Positions 1 through 10,344 of a stretch of 64,000 nt of DNA are shown piece by piece. The notes under the pieces are model-generated. The model worked only from the letters and a program-made list of their open reading frames with translations, searched no databases and was not told the DNA's origin. This DNA comes from Mobula hypostoma (Eukaryota): assembly GCF_963921235.1 (NCBI RefSeq), contig NC_086097.1:135286001-135350000 (forward strand). The letters are read 5' to 3'. The translations under genes and the position numbers were made by a program. Each line of letters begins with the position of its first letter. Within the stretch, counting starts at the first letter, position 1.

Positions 1-807
1 TCTAACAACATATTCAAAGTTTGCTGATGACACCACTGTTGTGGGTCAAATCAAAGGAGGTGATGAATCAGCATACAGGAGGGAGATTGAAAATTTGACT
101 GAGTGATGTCATAACAACAACCTCTCACTCAATGTCAGCAAGACCAAGGAACTGACTGTAGACTTCAGGAGAGGGAAACCAGAGGTCCATGAGTGAGTCC
201 TCATCAGAAGATCAGAGGTGGAGAGGGTTAGCAACTTTAAATTCCTGGGTGTTACTATTTCAAAGGACCTGTCTTGGACCCAGCATGCAAGTTCAATTGC
301 GAAGAAAGCACATAAGTGCCTCTATTTCCTTAGGAATTTGTAGAGATTTGGCATGACATCTAAAACTTTGACAGACTTCTATAGATGTGTGGTGGAGAGT
401 GTATTGACTGGCTGAATCACAGCCTGGTATGGAAACACCAATGCCTTTGAATGGAAAATCCTACAAAATGTAGTGGATTGGCTCAGAACATCATAGGTAA
501 AGCCTTTCCAACCAGAGCAAATCTACATGAAATGGTGTCTTAGGAAAGCAGCATCATGCATCATCAGAGATCCTCATCACCCAGGTCATGTTTCTTTCTC
601 ACTGCTGCCTTTGGGTAGAAGGTACAAGGACCTCAGGGCTCACACCACCAGGTTCAGAAACAGTTACAAACTCGCAACCACCAGGCTCTTGTGCAAAGGG
701 GGATAACTACACTCACTCGCCCAACCATTGAGATGTCTCACAACCAATGATCTCACTTTAAAGGCACTTTGTCTTGTTATCTCATGTTCTCATTATTTAT
801 TGCTATC
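1..807 (+). mobile_element. Rex1/Babar-type LINE 3' part (degraded), interrupted by Tc1; 3'UTR continues at 2415-2590
   Basis: RT motif [27 protein letters not shown] with stops. The 3'UTR resumes after the Tc1 and ends in (ctttgaa) repeats. Confidence 0.85.
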
Positions 808-809
808 TA

Positions 810-2412
810 CAAACCCTATTTCCAGAAAAGTTGGGATATTTTCCAAAATGCAATAAAAACAAAAATCTGTGATATGTTAATTCACGTGAACCTTTATTTA
901 ACTGACAGAGGTATAAAGAAAAGATTTTCAATAGTTTTACTGACCAACTTAATTGTATTTTGTAAATATACACAAATTTAGAATTTGATGGCTGCAACAC
1001 ACTTAACAAAAGTTGGGCAGAGTTAAAATAAGATTGAAAAGTACACAGAATATTCAAGTAACACTGGTTTGGAAGACTCTACATTAAGCAGGCTAATTGG
1101 TAGCAGGTGAGGTATCATGACTGGGTATAAAAGTAGCGTCCATCAAAGGCTCAGTCTTTGCAAGCAAGGATGGGTTGTGGCTCACCCCTTTGCGCCAAAA
1201 TTCGTGAGAGAATTGTTAGTCAGTTCAAAAGGAATATTTCTCAATGCAAGATTGCAGAGAATTTAGCTCTTTCAACATCTACAGTACATAATATTGTGAA
1301 AAGGTTCAGAGAATTCAGAGACATCTCAGTGCGTAAAGGGCAAGGTCGGAAACCACTGTTGAATGCGCGTGATCTTTGAGCCCTCAGGCGGCACTGCCTA
1401 AGAAACCGTCATGCTACTGTGACAATTATAGCCACCTGGACTTGGGAGTACTTTGGAAAACCATTGTCACTCAACACAGCCCGTCGCTGCATCCAGAAAT
1501 GCAACTTGAAACTGGATTATGCAAGGAGGAAGCTATATATCAACTCTATGCAGAAACGCTGGCGAGTTCTCTGAGCCCGAGCTCAACTCAGATGGACCAA
1601 AAGACTGTGGAACTGTGTGCTGTGGTCAGATGAGTCCACATTTCAGCTAATTTTCAGAAAAAACGAGCGTCGAGTTCTCCGTGCCAAAGATGAAAACGAC
1701 CATCCAGATTGTTATCAGCGAAAGGTGCAAAAGCCAGCACCTGTGATGGTATGGGGGTGCATCAGTGCCCACGGCATGGGTGAGTTGCATGTATGTGAAG
1801 GTACCATTGACTCTGAGGCGTATATTAGGATTTTAGAGAGACATATGTTGCCATCAAGGCGACGTCTCTTCCCAGGACGTCCATGCTTATTTCAGCAGGA
1901 CAATGCCAGACCACATTCTGCACGGGCTACAACAGCGTGGCTCTGTAGACACAGAGTGCGTGTGCTTGACTGGCCTGCTGCCAGTCCAGATCTATCTCCT
2001 ATTGAAAATGTATGGCGCACCATGAAAGGGAGAATCAGACAACAGAGACCACGGACTGTTGAGCAGCTGAAGTCTTATATGAAGCAAGAATGGACAAAAT
2101 TTCCAATTGGAAATCTACTACAATTAGTATCATCAGTTCCAAAACGATTAAAAAGTGTTATTAAAAGGAAAGGTGATGTAACACAATGGTAAACATGCCT
2201 CCGTCCCAACGTTTGTTGAGTGTGTTGCAGCCATCAAATTCCAAATTTGTGTATGCTTACAAAATACAATTAAGTTGGTCGGTAAAACTATTGAAAATCT
2301 TTTCTTTGTACTTTTGTCAGATAAATAAACATTCACATGAATTAACACATCACAGATTTTTGTTTTTATTGCATTTTGGAAAATATCCCAACTTTTCTGG
2401 AAATGGGGTTTG
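810..2412 (+). mobile_element. Full-length Tc1-like DNA transposon (DD34E, IR/DR type)
   Basis: TA target duplication (808-809, 2413-2414) and ~210-bp terminal inverted repeats starting CAAACCCYATTTCCAGAAAAGTTGGG. Length 1603 bp. Confidence 0.97.
1170..2192 (+). pseudogene. Tc1 transposase, 340 codons, two premature TGA stops
   Basis: Single frame with HTH region, GRKP motif, WSDES, QQDNA and SPIEN (34 residues between the second D and E). Stops at 1377-1379 and 1572-1574. Confidence 0.95.
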
Positions 2413-2802
2413 TATTTATATTTGCATCTGAACAGATCATTGTCTTCTGCACTTTGGTTAATCTTTCATTGATCCTGTTGTAGTTACTATTCTGTAGATT
2501 TGCTGAGTTTGCCCACAGGAAAATGAATCTCAGGGTTGTATATGGTGACATATATGTACTTTGATATTAAAATTTACTTTGAACTTTGAAGTTCCGTCTG
2601 CCATTCTTTGGCCCACTTTCCCTGTTGATCTGATCTCCAGGAACCCATTTCACTGATCACTACACCACCACTTTTCTGTCATACACAAACTTACAGATCA
2701 TGCTAACTACAGTTAAAAGACAGCTCAGGATGAGCAATAAACATTAGCTACTCCAGTAACACCTAGATTCTGAAAATTAATAAACAAATCCTTTACAAGG
2801 GC

Positions 2803-5793
2803 TCAAGCAACACACATCAAAGTTGCTGGTGAACGCAGCAGGCCAGGCAGCATCTCTAGGAAGAGGTACAGTCGATGTTTCAGGCCGAGACCCTTCGTCA
2901 GGACTAACTGAAGGAAGAGCTAGTAAGAGATTTGAAAGTGGGAGGGGGAGATCCGAAATGATAGGAGAAGACAGGAGGGGGAGGGCTGGAGCCAAGAGCT
3001 GGACAGGTGATTGGCAAAAGGGATATGAGAGGATCATGGGACAGGAGGCCCAGGGAGGAGGAAAGGGGGGGGGAACCCAGAGGATGGGCAAGGGGTATAG
3101 TGAGAGGGACAGAGGGAGAAAAACGAGAGAGAGAAAAAGAATGTGTGTATATAAATAAATAACGGATGGGGTACGGGGGAGGTGGGGCATTAGCGGAAGT
3201 TTGAGAAGTCAATGTTCATGCTATCAGGTTGGAGGCTACCCAGAAGGAATATAAGGTGTTGTTCCTCCAACCTGAGTGTGGCTTCATCTTGACAGTAGAG
3301 GAGGCCATGGATAGACATATCAGAATGGGAATGGGACGTGGAATTAAAATGTGTGGCCACTGGGAGATCCTGCTTTCTCTGGTGGACAGAGCGTAGGTGT
3401 TCAGCGAAACGATCTCCCAGTCTGCATCGGGTCTCGCCAATATATACAAGGCCACATCGGGAGCAACGGACGCAGTATATCACCCCAGCCGACTCACAGG
3501 TGAAGTGTTGCCTCACCTGGAAGGACTGTCTGGGGCCCTGAATGGTGGTAAGGGAGGAAGTGTAAGGGCATGTGTAGCACTTGTTCTGCTTACAAGGATA
3601 AGTGCCAGGAGAGAGATCAGTGGGAAGGGATGGGGGGGGGGAAACAAATGGACAAGGGAGGCACATAGGGAGCGATCCCTGTGGAAAGCAGAGAGAGGGG
3701 GGAGGGAAAGATGTGCTTAGTGGTGGGATCCCGTTGGAGGTGGCGGAAGTTACAGAGAATAATATGTTGGACCCAGAGTCTAGTGAGGTGGTAGGTGAGG
3801 ACAAGGGGAACCCTATTCCTAGTGGGATGACAGGAGGATGGAGTGAGAGCAGATGTATGTGAAATGGGGGAGATGCGTTTGAGAGCAGAGTTGATGGTGG
3901 AGGAAGGGAAGCCCCTTTCTTTAAAAAAGGACATCTCCCTCGTCCTGGAATGAAAAGCCTTATCCTGAGAGCAGATGCGGCAGAGACAGAGGAATTGCGA
4001 GAAGGGGATGGCATTTTTGCAAGAGACAGGGTGAGAAAGGGAATAGTCCAGATAGCTGTGAGAGTTCGTAGGCTTATAGTAGACATCAGTAGATAAGCTG
4101 TCTCCAGAGATAGAGACAGAAAGATCTAGAAAGGGGAGGGAGGTGTCGGAAATGGACCAGGTAAACTTGAGGGCAGGGTGAAAGTTGGAGGCAAAGTTAA
4201 TAAAGTCAACGAGCTCAGCATGCGTGCAGGAAGCAGCGCCAATGCAGTCGTCGATGTAGCGAAGGAAAAGTGGGGGACAGATACCAGAATAGGCACGGAA
4301 CATAGATTGTTCCACAAAGCCAACAAAAAGGCAGGCATAGCTAGGACCCATACGGGTGCCCATAGCTACACCTTCAGTTTGGAGGAAGTGGGAGGAGCCT
4401 AAGGAGAAATTATTAAGAGTAAGGACTAATTCCGCTAGACGGAGCAGAGTGGTGGTAGAGGGGAACTGGGTAGGTCTGGAATCCAAAAAGAAGCGGAAAG
4501 CTTTGAGACCTCCCTGATGGGGGATGGAAGTATATAGGGACCTGACATCCATGGTGGAAAATAAAGCGGTGGGGGCCAGGGAACTTAAAATCATCGAAAA
4601 GTTTAAGAGCATGAGAAGTGTCACGAACATAGGCAGGAAGGGATTGAACAAGGGGGGATAAAACCGTGTCGAGATATGCAGAAATGAGTTCGGTGGGGCA
4701 GGAGCAAGCTGAGACAATAGGTCGGCCAGGACAGGCAGGTTTGTGGATCTTGGGTAGGAGGTAGAAACGGGAAGTGCGAGGTGTGGGAACTATAAGGTTG
4801 GTAGTAGTGGATGGGAGATCCCCTGAGCGGATAAAGTCGGTGATGGTGTGGGAGACCATGGCCTGGTGCTCCTTAGTGGGGTCACGATCGAGGGGTGAAT
4901 AAGAGGAGGTATCCGCGAGTTGTCGCTGTGCCTCGGCAAGGTAGAGGTCAGTACGCCAGACTACAACAGCACCCCCCTTATCGGCAGGTTTAGTAATAAG
5001 GTTAGGATTAGTGCGGAGGGAATGGAGAGCAGAGCGTTCCGAAGGAGTGAGGTTGGAATGGGGACAAGGTGCGGTGAAGTCGAGACGGTTGATGTCCCGT
5101 CGGCAGTTGGCAATAAAGAGATCCAGAGCAGGCAGAAGACCAGAGCGGGGTGTCCATGAAGAAGAGGAGGGTTGAAGACGGGAGAAGGGGTCATCGGTGG
5201 GGGTGGAAGAGTCCTTGCCGAAGAAGTAGGCTCGGAGACGGAGACGGCGGAAGGAGAGTTCCGCATCGTGACGAACACGGAACTCGCTGAGGTGTGGGCG
5301 AAGGGGGACAAAGGTGAGGCCCTTACTGAGAACAGAGCGCTCTGCCTCCGACAGTTGAAGGTCGGAGGGGATGGTAAAGACCCGCACGGATGAGAGCTGG
5401 GATCAGAGGGGGGAGGGGGGAGGCTGGGGTGTCAATGGAGAGGGGAGGGTTGGGGTGAGAGGAAGATGGAGCCTCTGAGGACCCAGGAGCTGACGGTGGG
5501 ATCTGAGGGAGACGGGGTTGCAGAGTATTGGTGGGGGAAGGGGAGACGGGAGTCACAACAGCAGCACATAAAGACCCGATCTGAAGTTCAAGGCTGGAGT
5601 CGCAGTTGGTGGTTGCGCAATCGCTTTGAATGTCTCCATGGTCGTTGCTGGAGTCCGGGTTTTGAATATGCCCTGAGGTGTTGGAGCCGGCGAGATCAAT
5701 GGCAGAGGCTGCAATCTGAAGTTCATGCCTGCTAGCGTCAGGGCCAGCAGGTTCCAGGATCATAACTAATATGAGTGAGGACAGCAACGGCAA
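2803..5793 (-). mobile_element. Penelope-like retroelement (RT + GIY-YIG endonuclease), near complete, frameshifted
   Basis: ORF pieces 5323-5793, 4413-5387 (PADKGGAVVV, LPKIHK, GRPIVS), 3617-4717 (GVAMGTRMGP, RYIDD) and 3190-4086 (GVIYCVRCSRCGLVYIGET). Purine/pyrimidine-skewed 3' pLTR with a hammerhead motif at 2870-2905. Confidence 0.95.
2870..2905 (-). ncRNA. Minimal hammerhead ribozyme motif in the Penelope 3' pLTR (one stem III change)
   Basis: AGTC-CTGACGA-AGGGTCTCGGCCT-GAAAC-ATC-GACT. Confidence 0.65.
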
Positions 5794-6084
5794 GATATTG
5801 ACAACGAACGAATAAGCAGAAGTGTAGAGTGGATCTGACAGAGTTTATAACTGTATTGCTGCGTGGGGGCTATGGTAATTGGGGGTGCTGTTTCACTAGA
5901 TCAACTGGAGAAACAAGCTGTATTCAAAACTAGACAGAGAAAGCAGCTGCAAATTGTATCTCAAATTTCAGTTAATTTCTTGGTGGTGCTATTGTAATTT
6001 CTGCTCTTGCTATAGCACCAGCAAGCATCACCTCAGCGCTGCCACTGCCTATAGTTTTGCTATGCTTTCTGACACCAACGTAGC

Positions 6085-6260
6085 ATGTCCACAATTTACT
6101 AACAGTAACTTGTACATCTTTAGAGAGTGAATGGAAACCAGGCCACCTGGAGGAAATTCAGTCATGGGTAGAATGTACAAATTCCTTACAGAGAGCGGCA
6201 GGAAATGAACCCTGATCGCTGATGCTGCAAAATATTGCACGAGTCACTCTGCCACTGTTC
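6085..6260 (-). mobile_element. HE1-like V-SINE remnant (other copies ~9310-9440 +, ~18148-18370 -, ~42060-42250 +)
   Basis: Degenerate V-domain-like core (gtttcctcc...ggtttcc...ccaaagac) recurring in the four copies. Confidence 0.55.
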
Positions 6261-6313
6261 TGCCCTATTTCTTTCGGTGATATGACATGAAATTTAAAAA
6301 GTAAAGCACGTAC

Positions 6314-6416
6314 TTTTAAGTGATTGCTTGTTAAATGGAGTTTCTCACACATTTCAGTGAAGTACGGGAAAATGCATTGGTCCTGCAACAGGTAAACGGT
6401 CACATTCTGCTCATAG
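6314..6416 (-). pseudogene. fam83a: 5'-truncated exon 2 of fam83a
   Basis: YEQNVTVYLLQDQCIFPYFTEMCEKLHLTSNHLK|gtacgt aligns without gaps to human NKRGVFVCVLLDQGGVKLFQEMCDKVQISDSHLK|. The first ~21 codons of the exon (MDVFTD region) are absent after the acceptor cccctctctcccag. Confidence 0.85.
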
Positions 6417-6619
6417 CTGGGAGAGAGGGGTGGAATTACCAGGGTCAGAAGTTTGAACTTTTATTTGGTTTCAGTTCTGTGGAGAAATTGGGGAAGCTAG
6501 GATTGCTTGGAGAAGGTTCAGATCGAAATGTAATGGGATATGTTCAAACTCATAAAAGGTTCAGTTAAAATAAGTAGCTTCTAGTGGCAATACATAACAG
6601 TGAGCAGAGGAGACTCAGT

Positions 6620-7330
6620 GAAAGAGAATGGCAAAATAGCTAGAGGGCAGAATGTTTTTACATACTAAGTTTGATGTACAGAGGCATCTTGGAGTGGAAG
6701 TCCACAGCTTCCTGAAAGTGGAAACACAAGCCAATAGCGTGGTAAAGCTGAACAATATACCTGCCTTAATCGGCCAGAACGTTGAGTATAAGAGACAGGA
6801 AGTCGTGTTCAAGTGTATAAAACTTTGGTTAGACCACATTTGGATTATTATATCCAGAAGGGTGTGGAGGCTTTGGAAAGGGTGCAGAGGAGCTCACCAG
6901 GATGTTGCCTGGTCTAGAGTACATTAGCTATAAGGTGAGGTTGGATAAATTTGGGCTGTTTACTCTGGAGTATTGGAGGCTCAGGAGCAGCTTGATAGAA
7001 GTTCATAAAATTATGAGAGGTATATGTTGAGTTGTATTCCCAGGGTGGAAATGTCAAATACAAGAGCTTTACGGTGAGAGGGGTAAAGTTTTAAGGAGAC
7101 CTAGGAGGCAAGTTTTTGTTTTGAAGCACAGAAAGTGGTGTGAGCCTGGAATACGCTGTTAGAGGGGTAGATAGAATAAAAATGTTTCAAACAAAACATT
7201 TAGGCAGGCAGCTGAAGAGACAGCAAATGGAGGGAGGGATACGGACCATGTGCAGACAGACGTGCAGTTTAAATTGGCATCGTGGTTGGCACAGATATCA
7301 TGGACCGAATGCCATGCTCTTGATCTGCAT
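6620..7330 (+). mobile_element. Old CR1 LINE 3' fragment
   Basis: Degenerate LGVEVHSFLKV...TRMLPGLE motifs and CR1 3'UTR. Confidence 0.75.
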
Positions 7331-8151
7331 TGTTCCATGTCGAGATTTTGTGTGTGCAGGCAGTGGAAGCAAATTCAACAGGAGCTTTCAAAAGTAAACT
7401 AGAAATGTTTGTCTGGCTATGGCGGAGCTCCTTCAAAGAACAGACCCTTAATCCCCAGGGATCCCTCATTTATTATCTCCTCAGTCAATCCAAGGTAAGG
7501 ATTGAGAAAGAAACGAAAAGAGAAAAATCTGGACAGATCTGAGACAAATCATGAATGGAAAGAATCAAGAGGGAAATACATTTCATATTTTAAAAAATCA
7601 ACACTGAAGCTTAAGAACCTCAAGAAACAACTCACTGTAGGTTCTACAGTTTCAATTGGTCCTCTTCTGGGTCAGAGAGGTCGAGTGGCTTGTGAAAAAC
7701 TAAATCTTCTCATTAACAGGGGTGTTATTTCCAGAAGACCATAAGATATAGGAGCAGAATTAGCCCATTTGACCCATTGAGTCTGCTCCACCATTTTATT
7801 ATTTTCTCACTCAGCCCCAATCTCCTGCCTTCTCCCTTTATTCCTTCATGCCCTGACTAATCAAGAATCTATCAACCTTTGCCTTAAATGTACCCAATGA
7901 CATGCATTTTCTATCTCCCATTGTAATTTGCGGACCACCTCTTTACTACCGTTTGGGGGTCTGTAAATAACTTCCATCAGAGTCTTTTCATTCACTTCCA
8001 ACTCTAAAATCACAGCCATTCACAGCTCAGTACACACCTCTCTTTGGCCCAAGCTGCTGGAGATTTTTCGTGGATCACTTAACTGGGCTGTGGTTCACGG
8101 CAGGTTCAAGGTTTATTCCCTACCCGTGTCGCTATGAAATAAAAGTATTAC

Positions 8152-8504
8152 CTCAACAGCCTGGATGATGTAAAACCGTAATACGTCTTTGGTGCTGTGA
8201 GCCATCTTGGTTGAATGTAGACGCTGATATTTGAGGGCTCCTTCAGGTCGTACTGCTTGTAGGACATTGGCCGGCACTGGTCAGCCTCTCCCTAACAGAA
8301 GTACATTGCAACATGGGAGTTAGAGACCAGCTGGAGATCAGGTACTGATACATCTGACCTCCCATTCCACTGCAGGCTATCCAAGCGTTCTCAGTCAACC
8401 TGAGAGATTGCATCCACCTCAGTAGGTTCACCAACTTGTAATTTGTTTCCTTATTTTGCTTTTTTAGGTTATATCAAAGCGGGGATGTTTTTATGAATAT
8501 TCAT
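8152..8504 (-). pseudogene. fam83a: Decayed exon 1 of fam83a (DUF1669 N-terminus)
   Basis: Fragments SKIRKQI, ENAWIA, MYFC*, LKEPSNISVYIQP and MAHSTKDVLRFYIIQAVE|gtaata occur in shifting frames. They parallel human FAM83A GKIRKRL, ESARLA, TYFP, LKEKSSATVYFQ and HNNIRDLVRRCITRTSQ|. Stops at 8428-8430 and 8292-8294, frameshift near 8207. Syntenic position after tbc1d31. Confidence 0.75.
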
Positions 8505-8589
8505 TTTTTTTACTTTTTAAATTATTTGCACCATTTTAAATGATTGAGTAGAGAATCAAAGACTTTTGATAGCAGCAACCTGTTAAAAA

Positions 8590-8782
8590 GCCATTGGACT
8601 AATCCAGAGGCAGGCCCCCCCCCCCGCCCCCTGGCCCAAGGCGACCTCACTACTCATGGTCCATTGAATGAACAGCCATGACAACCAAGCCTCCAGCACA
8701 GTTTGTTCTACAGGGCCATCGGAGTATGTAAGGGCAAGTTGAGCCCAATCTGCCACTCCCCACCCGCCCCCCCCCACCACTT
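8590..8782 (-). promoter_or_regulatory. Putative residual fam83a proximal promoter
   Basis: CCAAT (minus, 8593-8597), GC box CCCCGCCCC (~8622-8630) and a CACCC/GC cluster (~8752-8780), clustered just upstream of the exon-1 remnant in non-repeat DNA. Confidence 0.4.
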
Positions 8783-9869
8783 GTCCATACTGTTAATTTG
8801 GCATCTCTTTTGTCTGCAAGGTAAGCTTCACTGCTGTGACATGAAAGGCTAGAGCAGATTTACCCACACTAAGATTCCAAAAAGCAGAAATATGATAATG
8901 GGCAGAACATCTGCAAACTGTGCCCAAAGTTGTACTAGTTTTGGGGAAATATTCTATACCTTTTCTCATTCACACTTGCTCATTTTATGTCATAAGAACA
9001 AAGTGCAGTGAGCCTGTACAATAAGACAGTCTTCAAGAATATTTTAAAATATATTATTAGAAATTGTTGCTTGACCCTGTTGGGCATCAGACTGGTGTCA
9101 TTTGAGAAATGTAGGTGAAAATAAGACTATCAAATCACAAGCATTTTAAATGATCTACTGCAGAACCTACGGGTCACTGGATTAAAAAAAAATCACAATA
9201 GCTTAAAAACTAACGAGGAAGACCTATTTAATTATTTCATTCTGCGGTATTTGGAATCAACTTCCTGGTAAATTTATAAATTGCATTCGAAAACATCTAA
9301 GATGCTCCAGCAACTGGGTTCAATTCTGCTGTAGTCCACAAGGAGTTTCTACGTTCCCTCTGTGGGTTTCCTCCTACATTACAAAGATGAACAGGCCATA
9401 GGTTAATTAGTCACATGGGAGTAATTGGGCCAGAAGGTCGTTCAGCAAGACAGACATTTGTAACAGAGAAATTTATGTCTAAGCATTTCAGCAAAGAGCC
9501 ATAAAAGTGGACAATTAACAGAATTAATTCATTCTGTGATGGGTCATTTTGTGACCAGGGATTGTGGAAACCATTTTTTGTGAAAGAGTTTTTATACTTA
9601 TGAGTCTTTAAATGTTTGAACTGGATTCTCTGATTTTTGGTAAACACAGCCCCACCAATACAGATCTGATACTCCAAGCTTGTCTTTTAACGTGACACAC
9701 AAGATGCTGGAGGAATTCAGCTGGTCAGGCAGTTGACATTTCTGGTGGAGACCCTTCATCCAGTCCATTTCTCCCCCACAGATGTTGTTTGAGTGGTTAA
9801 AGTTCCTCCAGCATCTCATCTGTTGCTCCAGATTCCAGCGTCTGCGTTTCCGTGTCTTCATAACTGGGA

Positions 9870-10085
9870 GATAAAAGACAGGGAGAAGTCCCACTGATCT
9901 TCAGAACAGTGCCATTTACATTTATCTAAAGGACCAAGATGGATTAACATCTCACTGGAAACACCATACCTTTGCCAGTGCAGCACACCCTCAGCAATGC
10001 CTTACCATGTTGATATAATATTGATTCCGAGGCTGAAAACCATACACTGAGGGCTTGACATATAATGAACAATGGACAGTGAGGA
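9870..10085 (-). mobile_element. Ancient DeuSINE (SacSINE1-like) remnant
   Basis: Reverse complement contains gagggtgtgctgcactggcaaaggt...gagatgttaa...ggcactgttctgaaga, similar to the copy at 41488. Confidence 0.5.
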
Positions 10086-10344
10086 AACTCATGACTGATA
10101 CTTCCCCCAACAACCAGCTGGCATTGGGAGAAGTGTGAATGCTCGGGGTCCAACAGGAAACACCAACATTCATCCTGAACGATAGCAGGAGATGTTAATC
10201 AAGTGGCTTTTCGGGACCACCACCCAGAAAAGATTTTGAGCATGTGATAATACTGATTCCGTGCCCTACTTGAAGAAAGGGCAGCATAAATCTCATAATG
10301 GTCAGTAATTGCATTACTTTGCATATTAATATGGCAAAAATACA

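Noticed and set aside
2590..2700. Possible fam83a exon 3
   Set aside because: The minus strand reads like a CR1 RT fragment (KVGGVV...KWAKEWQ-like). No exon-3-like peptide was found in 1-6313, so it is probably outside the window or deleted.
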